Shown here: positions 53,826 to 63,623 of the stretch, one piece after another
Layout of the letters: every line of letters begins with the position of its first letter
How positions within the stretch are numbered: position 1 is the stretch's first letter
Notes under the pieces: generated by a model
The model's input: only the letters and a program-made list of their open reading frames with translations
Told to the model about the DNA's origin: nothing
The model's database searches: none
NCBI GenBank assembly: GCA_030446545.1
Contig: JAUJNB010000013.1
Location: 4,410 to 68,409 of the forward strand
Direction: 5' to 3'
Length of the DNA stretch: 64,000 bases
DNA from: Acidimicrobiales bacterium
GTDB lineage: Bacteria > Actinomycetota > Acidimicrobiia > Acidimicrobiales > CADCSY01
Position numbers and translations under genes: made by a program

Positions 53826-56159
53826 ATGCTGACAAACCAGGAAGGCCTCATGCACTCGAGAACCGGCCCCAGGGCGGCCACGGCGCTGCTTCTCTCCCTC
53901 TTGCTGATCTTCGGACTCGCTCCGGCGGTCAGCGCTGCAAGTCCAACGGTCACCGTCTCTCCCGCTTCGGGGGAGATCGGCACTTCGGTGATCGCCTCCG
54001 GTTCCGGTTTCCCGCGGAGGACAGCCGGGTCTCTGGTCCTCGGCACCACCTCGGTCGCCCTTTTCAAGACGAATCGGATAGGCAACTTCTCGGTGTCGTT
54101 CACGGTTCCGCCGGTCGTTACGACCGGCGCCTCGGTGGTGACCGCAACCGTGGGGGCGAGCAGGGCAACGACGGAGTTCGTGGTGTCGCCACAGGCTTCG
54201 ACCAGCACCACCAGCACGACCAGCACGACGACGGCACCCACGAGTGAGGGTGCTTCCCTCAGGACTGCACCCGGGCACGTGGTGGCCACCTCGGGCCCCA
54301 CCGACCCCAACGCGCGTTACGTCCTCGTCACCTGGGATCGGAGCGATCCGGCCGCGACCGGGTACCAGGTGGTTCGGGACGGTGTGGTGGTCAAGACGAC
54401 CACCGTGTCGGGTGATCCCTGGGACGACCTTTCCTTCACCGACGCAACGGTCGTCCCCTCCGCCACCTACCTCTATCAAGTCAGGGCCCTGTTCGGTGAC
54501 GGCACCACCAGCGCCCTTTCCCCCGCATTCCGTATCCACGTCCGGTCCACCGCCGATGTCGGCAGTGGACGGACGTTCGAGGTCGACACCTACTCCGGGA
54601 CAGATCGGGAACGGGCGCAGGCGGCCGTCGCCGCCGCCACTTCTGCCGGTGGCGGTGTGGTCGTCTTCGGCGCCAGGACCTACACCTTCGACGCCCCCCT
54701 TCGCGTCGACTCGGCCGACAACGTCGTGCTACGGGGCGCAGGTTCGGACCGCACCTTCCTACAGCCGGGTTTCGCTGGGGAATCCGCCACGTGTGGCTCG
54801 GGCGGCCAATTGGTGGTCTTCACGGGACGCCAGACGAAACTGGCCATTCAGCTCACCTCCCCGGTGGCCGTCGGTGAACGCACGCTCAAGGTCGACTCGA
54901 CCTCGGGACTGGCGGCGGGGCAGCGCATCATCTTCTACGAGTCACCCCCGGTGAACGATGCCGATCCCTGGCAGATGGAGACGGCCGGGGTGATGCAGGA
55001 TCCGGGCACCGGTCGGGACGAACGCCATCGATGGGACGCTGGTCAAATCGTGGCCATCGATACCACCGCGAAGACCGTGACCTTCGAGCAACCATTCTCG
55101 CAGTCGTTCACCACCGCCGTCCCGTGGACCCGCCTCGACAAGGGGAACGGCAATGGCATCGAGCGCCTCACCGTCCAGGGTCGGAGCAGCACCGAGACGA
55201 CACACTACCGCCTGGTCGACTTGATCCCCCAGGCCGACTTCACCATGGCCGATGTGCAAGGCCGTTGGGCGAATCGAAATTACGTCAGAGCCTCGGGTTA
55301 TGACATACGAGTGGTGGGTTTCAAGGGACCGCTGGGGGATCCGGGCGGTACTGACGGCAGTTGCAAGTACAAGTTCAGCGTCTGGCGGGCCACCAACTTC
55401 ACCTTCGTCGGCGGTGAGATGGGGGAGCCCACGCACAACCAGAACACTTCGTTCATCACGACCCAGCGGGCGCAGCGGACGCTGGTACGGGCCTCGAAGT
55501 TCTGGGGCAACCGCACCTACGCCTTCAACGAGCACGGGCTCGGTTCTCGGCACTTTATATTCGAGAATAACTTCGTTGCCGTGGGTCCCAATGCCGAGAA
55601 GGCGGGTGTCTTTGTCGGCAACTCCTCCTTCGGCTTTGCCGGTCCCGGCATCATCAGAAACAACACCTTCAGTGGAAACCGACGCGACATCTCCATGCAG
55701 GAGAATTCCTATGAACTCCGGATCCTCGACAACATCATGCGCAATACGGGTGACCGAGTCATCTCCGGTTACGGCTGGGCCGGCCCCGATACGAGCACCG
55801 ACCTTTACGGGTCGATCAGATGGACGATCGCCCGGAACCGGATCGAAGGGGCCCAAGGCGACGGGATCGTGCTCGGTGAGGCATCGAGCCCCTGGTACCC
55901 ATACCCCGGCGTCAAGGACGTGATCATCTCAACCAACCAGATAGGGGTTCGTGGAACCGCCATCCGACTCCTCGGTACCAGCACGGCCACCAAGCGCTTT
56001 CAGGTGAGCAACAACGGCGGTACCAACACCTACGTCAGGCCGGAGTTGGTAGCCGGCGACTTCTGGCACGGCAACGCCGACGGAACCAGCTTCGGTACCG
56101 CGACGAGCACCTCCTGGAGTGCTCCGTACTTCTCATGGGAGGCCCGCGACCGCGGCTGA
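53826..56159 (+). CDS. Secreted protein: Ig/FN3-like modules plus right-handed beta-helix (pectin-lyase fold)
   Basis: Signal peptide; Thr-rich linker; TGYQVVRDG..YLYQVRA; AAVAAA..GGGVVVFGARTY..NVVLRGAG; repeated IxNN motifs. Confidence 0.8.
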   Translation: MLTNQEGLMHSRTGPRAATALLLSLLLIFGLAPAVSAASPTVTVSPASGEIGTSVIASGSGFPRRTAGSLVLGTTSVALFKTNRIGNFSVSFTVPPVVTTGASVVTATVGASRATTEFVVSPQASTSTTSTTSTTTAPTSEGASLRTAPGHVVATSGPTDPNARYVLVTWDRSDPAATGYQVVRDGVVVKTTTVSGDPWDDLSFTDATVVPSATYLYQVRALFGDGTTSALSPAFRIHVRSTADVGSGRTFEVDTYSGTDRERAQAAVAAATSAGGGVVVFGARTYTFDAPLRVDSADNVVLRGAGSDRTFLQPGFAGESATCGSGGQLVVFTGRQTKLAIQLTSPVAVGERTLKVDSTSGLAAGQRIIFYESPPVNDADPWQMETAGVMQDPGTGRDERHRWDAGQIVAIDTTAKTVTFEQPFSQSFTTAVPWTRLDKGNGNGIERLTVQGRSSTETTHYRLVDLIPQADFTMADVQGRWANRNYVRASGYDIRVVGFKGPLGDPGGTDGSCKYKFSVWRATNFTFVGGEMGEPTHNQNTSFITTQRAQRTLVRASKFWGNRTYAFNEHGLGSRHFIFENNFVAVGPNAEKAGVFVGNSSFGFAGPGIIRNNTFSGNRRDISMQENSYELRILDNIMRNTGDRVISGYGWAGPDTSTDLYGSIRWTIARNRIEGAQGDGIVLGEASSPWYPYPGVKDVIISTNQIGVRGTAIRLLGTSTATKRFQVSNNGGTNTYVRPELVAGDFWHGNADGTSFGTATSTSWSAPYFSWEARDRG

Positions 56160-56207
56160 CAGCCTGGCAACAGCTTCTCCCTCACCATCCGGCCGTATGA
56201 TCCCGGG

Positions 56208-57776
56208 GTGACTGAGGAAGGCCAGGGCCAGCAACTGGATGTGTCCAGGTTTTTGGCCGCTCTGGCTCGGCGCAAAAAGACCATCGGTGCAGTGGCGCTC
56301 ACCATGGCGGGAATGGCCCTCGTCCTGTCCCTCCTGCAGCCCACGCTCTACCAGGGCGAGGCACAAATTTCCCTGGACCCCCCGGGTGAGACCGCGGTCT
56401 TCGAACCGGTGACCGCGGCCGCCCGCATTGACCCGACGGTACTGGTCGAGACCGAGCTGGAGTTCCTGAGAAGCGCCAGGGTGCGGACGCTGGTCACCGA
56501 CCAACTGGGGCCGGTGCCGGAGGTCGAAGCCACTCGGGTGGGCGACACCTTGCTGATCGAGGTCACGAGCCGCAGCACCGAGCCGGAGCGAGCTGCAACG
56601 GTGACCAACGCCTACGTGCGAACGTACCTCGAGCTACGCCGTCAGCAGGCTGCCGACGACCTACTCGAAAGCGGTGAGGTCCTGCGCAGCAAGGTCGCCG
56701 AGTTGCAGTCCCAGATCGATGAGCTTGATGCCGCCGCCACTACCGGTCAGCGTGAAGCCTTGGTGGAGCAGCAGGCCCGCTTCGGTGAGCGGCTCGACCA
56801 ACTCGAGATCGAAGCCGCCTTGCAGTCCGGTGGCGGCCAAGTCGTCAGTGAGGCAACAGCGCCGAGTGCACCGGTTTCCCCCACGCCGGTTCGTAATGTC
56901 CTTCTCGCGCTCGTCCTCGGCACCATGGTGGGTGCGAGTTTGGCGTTGGTGCTTGAGTACCGGGACGACTCAATAAAGACGCGGGACGATCTGGTCGACG
57001 CCATCAGGCCCATTCCTGTCCTCGCCACCATCCCGGTGGTGATGCAGTGGCAGAAGGAACCAGGGCGTCCCCACCTCGTTGCAGGCCTCCAAGCTGACGC
57101 TGTCCGGGCCGGCGAGGCATATCGAGCCTTGCGGACGGCAGTGAGCCTCCTTGGGATCGAGCGACCGCTCACGCTGTTGCAACTCACCAGCGCTCTCCCT
57201 GGTGACGGGAAGACCACGACGGTGGTGAACCTGGCCGCCGTGCTGGCCAGCGCCGGCCAACGAGTGGTCGTCGTCGACTGCGACCTCCGGCGTCCCAGTC
57301 TCCACACCGCCTTCCAGTTGGGCAACGAGGTCGGATTCACGTCGGTTCTCGCCGGTGAGGTGGAGCTGAAGGAAGCGATCCAATCCATTCGGGGTGATGG
57401 TGAGCTGGCGCTCTTGGCGTCAGGAGGCCTCGCGCCCAACCCATCAGAGCTCTTGGGCTCCAAGCGGACATCAGAGGTGCTTTTCGCCCTGCAGTCGGAG
57501 TTCGACATGGTGCTGGTCGACTCGCCGCCGGTGCTTTCGGTCACCGACGCGGCGGTGCTGAGCGTGTGGGTCGACGCCAGTCTGATCGTCACCAGCGCGG
57601 GGATCACTACCCGGAACCATCTTCGCAGTGCCCTCGAGGTCTTCCGTCAAGCGGGAGCGCCGCTGAGCGGTGCCGTTCTCAACCGGGTAGAGCTCGAACT
57701 TGGCTACGGCTACTACGGACAAGCCTACGCCCGCAGCCTGGCTTCGGACCAAGCAGAAGGCTCAGGTTCCAGCTGA
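56208..57776 (+). CDS. Polysaccharide co-polymerase / tyrosine autokinase (Wzc-like)
   Basis: Two TMs, EAYRALRT, PGDGKTT, DCDLRRP, DSPP, C-terminal YGYY. Confidence 0.93.
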   Translation: MTEEGQGQQLDVSRFLAALARRKKTIGAVALTMAGMALVLSLLQPTLYQGEAQISLDPPGETAVFEPVTAAARIDPTVLVETELEFLRSARVRTLVTDQLGPVPEVEATRVGDTLLIEVTSRSTEPERAATVTNAYVRTYLELRRQQAADDLLESGEVLRSKVAELQSQIDELDAAATTGQREALVEQQARFGERLDQLEIEAALQSGGGQVVSEATAPSAPVSPTPVRNVLLALVLGTMVGASLALVLEYRDDSIKTRDDLVDAIRPIPVLATIPVVMQWQKEPGRPHLVAGLQADAVRAGEAYRALRTAVSLLGIERPLTLLQLTSALPGDGKTTTVVNLAAVLASAGQRVVVVDCDLRRPSLHTAFQLGNEVGFTSVLAGEVELKEAIQSIRGDGELALLASGGLAPNPSELLGSKRTSEVLFALQSEFDMVLVDSPPVLSVTDAAVLSVWVDASLIVTSAGITTRNHLRSALEVFRQAGAPLSGAVLNRVELELGYGYYGQAYARSLASDQAEGSGSS

Positions 57777-59312
57777 AGCCATGTGAGACCCGGCTGGGGA
57801 GAGTGGCTCGCGATCTTCGAGGAGATCGGCCCGGTCGAGCGACGCCAGCGAGCGCCGGCGTGAGCCAGACCGGCTCACGCCGGCCGTCGTGGCCAGAGCC
57901 AGCAGGCTGAACAACAAGTCGGCAGAGCCGCGCAGCGTGAGATGAGGGTCAAGGACCATCAGAACGGCAAGTACGACGAGCGAGGCGAAGCTGGCTATGG
58001 CCGCAACCCCGACGGCATCGCTTCGGATCCTGGCCGCCCTGGCAGTCACCCGCAGGCTCGTCCACAAGAAGACGAAGAAGGCGACGAACAGAGGGATGCC
58101 GCCATTCCACAGCAGCCAGGTGTGCCCGCTCTCGATCCAAACGTACTGCCGCCAGAGTTCGGGGGCGGGGATGCGGGCTGAGGGGCGGACTCCGAGGACG
58201 AAGTTGAAGTTGGAGAACAGCTCTGGCCAAAAGAACGTCCGCAGGTTCTCCAGCCGACCCAGCCAGCTCGCAGGTAGCCCTTGGGCCGAATCGAAGCCGC
58301 TCAGGCGTCGCTCCACCACTGGCTGCATGGCCAAGCCGGAAACGAGGGCGACGGGCAACGCCGTCCGCACGATCCGGCCGAGTTGCCCGGTCAACAACCC
58401 CAACGCGCCAAGGACGACCACCAGGGCGATGACACCGGAGAACTGCCCGGACGCAAACCCCCCGACGACGAACAGGGCGGCGGCGGCCACCAATAGCCCT
58501 CGCCTTGAGCCGCCACGCAACAGCCATCCCACCGCGATCGCCAGATTGAACGCCATGACGTCCCCCGTGGCTATGGAGGAAGCCAGCGTCGAAGTCCCCC
58601 GGTTGATCCCGAGAGCCTGCTCGTCGGCGAAGGGCGCGTAATAGCCGGCCAGGAGTCCGGGAACGCCGAATAACTGCAGGGCTTGGAGGACAGCGACCAG
58701 GGCGACCACGCTGCCTGCGCCCATCGAGAGCCACAGGCACCTTCGCACCTGGGCCTCTGTGCGGATGCTGCACCGGACGACGAGGTAGATGCCGAAGAAC
58801 TTCCAGAGCGCCAGTGCGTAGAGAACATCGTCGGCGCTGATCGCCCGGCTGCGAGCGACCATCCACAGGAGCGGTGTGACCGAACTGGTGAACGCCACCA
58901 CAGCCAGTGCCACATCGATCCTCGTGACCCGCGCCCGCGGCCGTTCGCCGGACACCGAGCGAACGATGCCGCGAGCGACCAAAGCGGCACCCACCAACAA
59001 CACCAGCGCCTCGCTGGGACGCAACAACGGGAGCACCAACCCGCGATCCATCCCCACGAGGAGAGGTGTGGTCGCCAACAGAACGTAGGCTCCGGTGGCA
59101 GGGCGCAACACCACCGCCACAAACAGCAGGTACGCCATCACCACGGCGATGGTGGCGGTAGGCACTCGGGTGAGCGCGGCGGTCAATGCCAGCAATCCCA
59201 GACCGGCCGCTGCCAGACGCACGACGCCAGCCCCCAGCCGGCTTCCCGTCGCATCCACGCCACGCAGCGGCGGCACGATCGAGGGCAGGGCCGACTCGGC
59301 CGTGATCGGCAC
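57762..59312 (-). CDS. Multi-TM protein, probable Wzy/O-antigen ligase-like polymerase
   Basis: About 12 TMs, RGTSTL and ESGH loops; start estimated. Confidence 0.65.
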   Translation of the reverse strand: MPITAESALPSIVPPLRGVDATGSRLGAGVVRLAAAGLGLLALTAALTRVPTATIAVVMAYLLFVAVVLRPATGAYVLLATTPLLVGMDRGLVLPLLRPSEALVLLVGAALVARGIVRSVSGERPRARVTRIDVALAVVAFTSSVTPLLWMVARSRAISADDVLYALALWKFFGIYLVVRCSIRTEAQVRRCLWLSMGAGSVVALVAVLQALQLFGVPGLLAGYYAPFADEQALGINRGTSTLASSIATGDVMAFNLAIAVGWLLRGGSRRGLLVAAAALFVVGGFASGQFSGVIALVVVLGALGLLTGQLGRIVRTALPVALVSGLAMQPVVERRLSGFDSAQGLPASWLGRLENLRTFFWPELFSNFNFVLGVRPSARIPAPELWRQYVWIESGHTWLLWNGGIPLFVAFFVFLWTSLRVTARAARIRSDAVGVAAIASFASLVVLAVLMVLDPHLTLRGSADLLFSLLALATTAGVSRSGSRRRSLASLDRADLLEDREPLSPAGSHMASAGT

Positions 59313-59415
59313 GGCGTGAGGAGGAAACGCTACGTTTGCGAGGGATACCCGTGGTACCCGCCGGAACGGCCGACCCGGAGCCGGGCGTTGGAGGCGAGGG
59401 TGTCGGTCAGCAGGT

Positions 59416-60141
59416 CTAGGGGGCGGCACTTGAGTCCCAGGCATACGGCCGATCGAAGTGCCCTGCGAAGCAGTCCATCTGGTCACGCCGGCCGATGATT
59501 CGGGCGGGGTTGCCCACCACCACGTCACCAGCAGCGACCGAGCGGGTCACCACCGAACCCGCACCCACCAGGGCACCCACCCCCACCACCACACCGGGCA
59601 GGAGGGTGACTCCCCCTCCCACACTCGCACGGTCCTCCACACACGGGCCTCGGACGCAGTCGAGGTAACGGGGGCAAGGTGGATGGGGATCGTCGGTGAA
59701 AACCACACGCGGCCCGATGAAGACGTCGTCACCCACTGCTGCCGAAGACAGGAACCCTCCGGAGTGGATTCGCGTGTTGCGCCCGATCCTGTTCCCGGGC
59801 TCCAGATGGGCGCCAGAGCCAACTGAGGATCCTGCGCCAACCACGTTTCCCTCGCGTACCAGCGAGCTGTGGCCGACGTGGACGCCGGCGCCCAGGGTCG
59901 ATCCCAGGTACACCACGGCGTACGCCCGCACGATCACGCCCGGACCCAGTACAAGGGGGGCCTCGTCCGGATTGGCCGTGGGGTGACCGAGGACGCACGG
60001 TCCCAGGATGCGGGCTCCCTCCAAACCCACCACCGGGCCGAGGATCTCGATGCCGTTCACACCGTGGATGTTGAAATCATGAGGCGAGTCGCCCCGTCGC
60101 GTAGCCGGACCTGCCTGCTTCAGGTACGGCCGTCTCGACAT
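59416..60141 (-). CDS. Hexapeptide-repeat N-acyltransferase
   Basis: VFIGPRVVFTDD, ALVGAGSVVTR, VVGNPAR. Confidence 0.88.
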   Translation of the reverse strand: MSRRPYLKQAGPATRRGDSPHDFNIHGVNGIEILGPVVGLEGARILGPCVLGHPTANPDEAPLVLGPGVIVRAYAVVYLGSTLGAGVHVGHSSLVREGNVVGAGSSVGSGAHLEPGNRIGRNTRIHSGGFLSSAAVGDDVFIGPRVVFTDDPHPPCPRYLDCVRGPCVEDRASVGGGVTLLPGVVVGVGALVGAGSVVTRSVAAGDVVVGNPARIIGRRDQMDCFAGHFDRPYAWDSSAAP

Positions 60142-61135
60142 CTACTGGCCATCCACCCTCTTGCCACGACCGCTCCGCTGCCTCCAGCGCTTCCACGACG
60201 TGAAGGCCGAACCGGCCATCGGAGCGGCAGGTCTCTGTTCCGTCGATGCAAGCCAGGAAATGAGCCAGTTCCTGAGCCAACGGCTCGCGGGCGGGAATGA
60301 AGGGTGCCTGGACGTCGCCATGGCGGTAGGTGAGCTGGTGCTCGCCGAAGCCCTCGGGATCGGGGATAACCACACCCTTGTCATAGATCTTGACCGGCTC
60401 TTCGTTGTTGAGGTCGTCGTAGACCATCATCTGGCGATCGCCGACCAAGACGGTGCTGCGGGTCTTGCGGGGCGCCAGCCAGGAGACGTCCACCGATGCG
60501 ACGATCCCCGAGGCGAAGGAGAGGTTCACGAAAGCGACGTCGAGGGAGCCAGACCTCACCACGCACCGGCCCGAGGTCTGGGCCGAGACAGGGAACTCGC
60601 CGAGCAGATGGAAAAGGATGGAGAAGTCGTGTGGGGCCAAGTCCCAGATCACCCCGACGTCCCGCTGATGCAGCCCGAGGTTCAACCGGGACGAGGTGGC
60701 GTACTGCACGGAGCCCAGCCTGCCCTCCTGCAGGTACTCCCGCATGCGCTCCACCCGAGGACTGAACAGGAAGGTGTGTCCCACCATCAACACCCGTCCC
60801 CGTTCTTCGGCACAGGACACCAGGTCGATGGCCTCGACCACCGAGGCGGCCAGGGGCTTTTCCACCAGGACGTGGCGCCCGGCATCGAGGGCGGCTCGGA
60901 CCAGCGCGGCGTGGGAGCTGACCGGGGTGGCCACGATGACCGCCCCGACCTCGTCGTCATCCAGGGCCTGGTCGAGTGAGAGGCAGTACGCCACACTCGG
61001 ATACTGAGGGATCACGGCGGCGATGCGGTCGAGCGACTTCTCGACCACCACCACTGACCCGGGACCGACCAGCGCCACCAGGTTCCGCAACAGGTTCGGG
61101 CCCCAGTACCCGAGACCGACGATCGCAATCTTCAT
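60077..61135 (-). CDS. Gfo/Idh/MocA NAD-dependent oxidoreductase
   Basis: IVGLGYWG, HVLVEKP, MVGH, DLAPHD. Confidence 0.92.
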   Translation of the reverse strand: MKIAIVGLGYWGPNLLRNLVALVGPGSVVVVEKSLDRIAAVIPQYPSVAYCLSLDQALDDDEVGAVIVATPVSSHAALVRAALDAGRHVLVEKPLAASVVEAIDLVSCAEERGRVLMVGHTFLFSPRVERMREYLQEGRLGSVQYATSSRLNLGLHQRDVGVIWDLAPHDFSILFHLLGEFPVSAQTSGRCVVRSGSLDVAFVNLSFASGIVASVDVSWLAPRKTRSTVLVGDRQMMVYDDLNNEEPVKIYDKGVVIPDPEGFGEHQLTYRHGDVQAPFIPAREPLAQELAHFLACIDGTETCRSDGRFGLHVVEALEAAERSWQEGGWPVDVETAVPEAGRSGYATGRLAS

Positions 61136-62265
61136 CGTGTCGTCTCGATGGCCGTTCCCAGCGCGTCGGCGCACCGGTCGACGAGGGCGTCGGTGATCCC
61201 GGGGAACAGTGGAAGGGAGAGGACGCTGTCGGCCAATGCCTCGGCATGGGGATGGGTTCCCTTGCCACCTAGATGGGGACAGGCGGGCTGGAGGTGGATG
61301 GGGGTGGGGTAATGGACGGACGCACCAACTCCAGCGGTGTGCAAGTGGGTGAGCACGGCGTTTCGCCTCGGCACACGAGCGACAAGCAGGTGGTAGGCGT
61401 GACGAGCCCCCTCTGCAGTCTTCACCAAGTCGACCTCCTCCACCCCCGCCAGCCGTTGGCGATAGCGCGACACCCCCCGGCGACGCTCCGCCTGGGCGAC
61501 TTGAAAGTGCGGAAGCTTGGCCGTGAGGAACGCCGCTTGAAGCTCGTCCAGCCGCTCACAGAAGCCGGAGACGAGATGGACCCCTCGGGGCTCTTCACCG
61601 TGACTGCGGAGCAGCCGAACCCGACGGGCCAGGCCCGCATCGGCGGTCGTGACCGCTCCACCGTCGCCCAGGGCCCCCAGGTTCTTGCCGGGATAGAAGC
61701 TGAAGCCGGCGGCGTCACCCAGCGAGCCGGCCGGGCGCTCGTGCCAGGCTCCTCCCAACGCCTGAGCGGCGTCCTCGAGCAGGAACAGCCCGTGGCGGTC
61801 GGCGATCGCCCGGAAGCGGTCGGCATCGAACGGCTGGCCGTACAGGTCCACGGCGGCGATGGCCGCCGTACGCGGGGTGACCGCCGCTTCCACCGCCTCA
61901 GGGTCCAACAGGGCGGTGTACGGATCCACGTCGGCCAGCACCGGCATAGCGCCTGCGGCCACCACCGCCTCGGCCGTTGCGAAAAAGGTGTTGGGCGGAA
62001 GGATGACCTCGTCCCCCGGTCCCACGCCAGCGGCGAACAGGGCAAGGTGCAGCGCCACGGTTCCCGACCCCACCGCCACGACGTGGGGAGCGCCGACCAG
62101 CTCGGCCAGCACCTCCTCCAGATGCTCGACCTCCCTCCCGCCCACGAAGGAAGACGAAGCCAGCACCCGCTCGAAGGCGGCGCGGAGGTCGTCGGCCAGA
62201 ACCTGATGTCCGAGCTCGAGATCGACCAGAGGTACAGGGCGTTCCAGCGTCACGGGGCGGCTCAC
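61132..62265 (-). CDS. DegT/DnrJ/EryC1/StrS aminotransferase
   Basis: SGTVAL, EDAAQA, FSFYPGKNLGALGDGG, SLPLFP. Confidence 0.93.
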   Translation of the reverse strand: MSRPVTLERPVPLVDLELGHQVLADDLRAAFERVLASSSFVGGREVEHLEEVLAELVGAPHVVAVGSGTVALHLALFAAGVGPGDEVILPPNTFFATAEAVVAAGAMPVLADVDPYTALLDPEAVEAAVTPRTAAIAAVDLYGQPFDADRFRAIADRHGLFLLEDAAQALGGAWHERPAGSLGDAAGFSFYPGKNLGALGDGGAVTTADAGLARRVRLLRSHGEEPRGVHLVSGFCERLDELQAAFLTAKLPHFQVAQAERRRGVSRYRQRLAGVEEVDLVKTAEGARHAYHLLVARVPRRNAVLTHLHTAGVGASVHYPTPIHLQPACPHLGGKGTHPHAEALADSVLSLPLFPGITDALVDRCADALGTAIETTR

Positions 62266-63050
62266 GCCGTGTCCCTGCTCCAAAGCACCGCCTTCGGGGT
62301 CCGCAACAGGATCTTGACGTCGAGCAGCGGGCTCCACTCACGCCAGTACCGCAAGTCGAGCTCGACCATCTCCTCAAAGGAGAGACGACTGCGACCGCTC
62401 ACCTGCCACAGCCCGGTAAGGCCCGGTTTCGCGGCCATTCGGCCCCACGCAACGTCGTCGTACAGCGCTGCTTCCTCCGACAGCGGGGGCCTCGGACCCA
62501 CCACGCTCATCTCTCCGCGGAGGACGTTCCACAGCTGTGGCAACTCGTCGATGCTGAAGCTGCGCAACAGCCGCCCGACCGTGGTTCTCCGGTCGTCATC
62601 GACGATCTTGTAGAGGCCGTCCTGAGGCTCGCCCTCACCACAGATGAGCGCGGCCACATAGGTGCGGTGCTCCTGGTCGTCGTTTCCCACCCGCATGGTC
62701 CGCAGCTTGAGGAGGCGGAACGGGCGACCGGACTGACCGACCCGCGTCTGCACGAAGAAGGCACCGCCCCGGCTCTCGGCCATGACGGCCGCCGCGGCCA
62801 GGATCAGGATGGGAAGGGTGGCCAGCAGCGCCAACGTGGCCACGGTCAGGTCGACGGCCCGTTTGACCAGCCGCCACATGATCGGCAGGTCGCCCGGTCG
62901 GGCTCCGACCGTCGCTCCGGCCCGGCAGGGGGCCGTCGGCACGCCGCTCTGACCGACCCCAGCTCCGGGCGACGCCGATGGGCCGGAGGCCCGGCCCATC
63001 CCTTCGGCGCGGTCGACCGGGCTGGTTTCGGCCTTCCCAATGGCGATCAT
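62262..63050 (-). CDS. Priming sugar (phosphoglycosyl) transferase
   Basis: KRAVD, KLRTM, DELPQLWNVLRGEMSVVGPRP, KPGLTGLWQVSGR. Confidence 0.93.
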   Translation of the reverse strand: MIAIGKAETSPVDRAEGMGRASGPSASPGAGVGQSGVPTAPCRAGATVGARPGDLPIMWRLVKRAVDLTVATLALLATLPILILAAAAVMAESRGGAFFVQTRVGQSGRPFRLLKLRTMRVGNDDQEHRTYVAALICGEGEPQDGLYKIVDDDRRTTVGRLLRSFSIDELPQLWNVLRGEMSVVGPRPPLSEEAALYDDVAWGRMAAKPGLTGLWQVSGRSRLSFEEMVELDLRYWREWSPLLDVKILLRTPKAVLWSRDTA

Positions 63051-63089
63051 TGGTTTCGAGGTCTGGGAGGGAGCTGGTTCGCCGGTGCC

Positions 63090-63488
63090 TCAGGCCCGAG
63101 TGACACGTCGACGAACGCGCAGCATGAGCCCACCGGCAGCGATGGCGCCGACGCCCATAACAGTGAGGCCGACGACATCGCCGCCGGTCACAGCCAGTCC
63201 CTGCCCGCCGGAGCGAGACGCCACCTGGCGGCTCGAGCCATCCCCAGCGGCTCCGGCAACCGAGCGGACACCGCTGCCGCCGCTGCTCGTGGCATCGACC
63301 ACCGGCGAGGTCTGAACGTCCGTCGGCGCCCCGGTGAGAGGCGGTTCGGGCGTCACGTACTGCGCCGATGCGGGCCCGGCGGAGCCGATCGACCACAGGA
63401 TCGTGGCGACGGCGGCGAGGAGTAACCGCCGGGCACGAGTCTCTCGTGAGGTCGCTACTGGAACACCACTGTCGAATGCCGTTCGCAT
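63090..63488 (-). CDS. Small sortase-anchored surface protein (LAxTG)
   Basis: Signal peptide, LAVTG, hydrophobic helix, RVRRR tail. Confidence 0.8.
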   Translation of the reverse strand: MRTAFDSGVPVATSRETRARRLLLAAVATILWSIGSAGPASAQYVTPEPPLTGAPTDVQTSPVVDATSSGGSGVRSVAGAAGDGSSRQVASRSGGQGLAVTGGDVVGLTVMGVGAIAAGGLMLRVRRRVTRA

Positions 63489-63623
63489 CTCGTCCGCCCT
63501 TGTTGTCGACTCGACATCGTGCCGGGCTGACGAGACTTGCCCGAGCTGCAGCGCTGCGCTGATGCTACTGACGGCTCGATCGTTGCCTCATGACGTTTCG
63601 GCGTCTTTTTCCAAGAACAGAGG

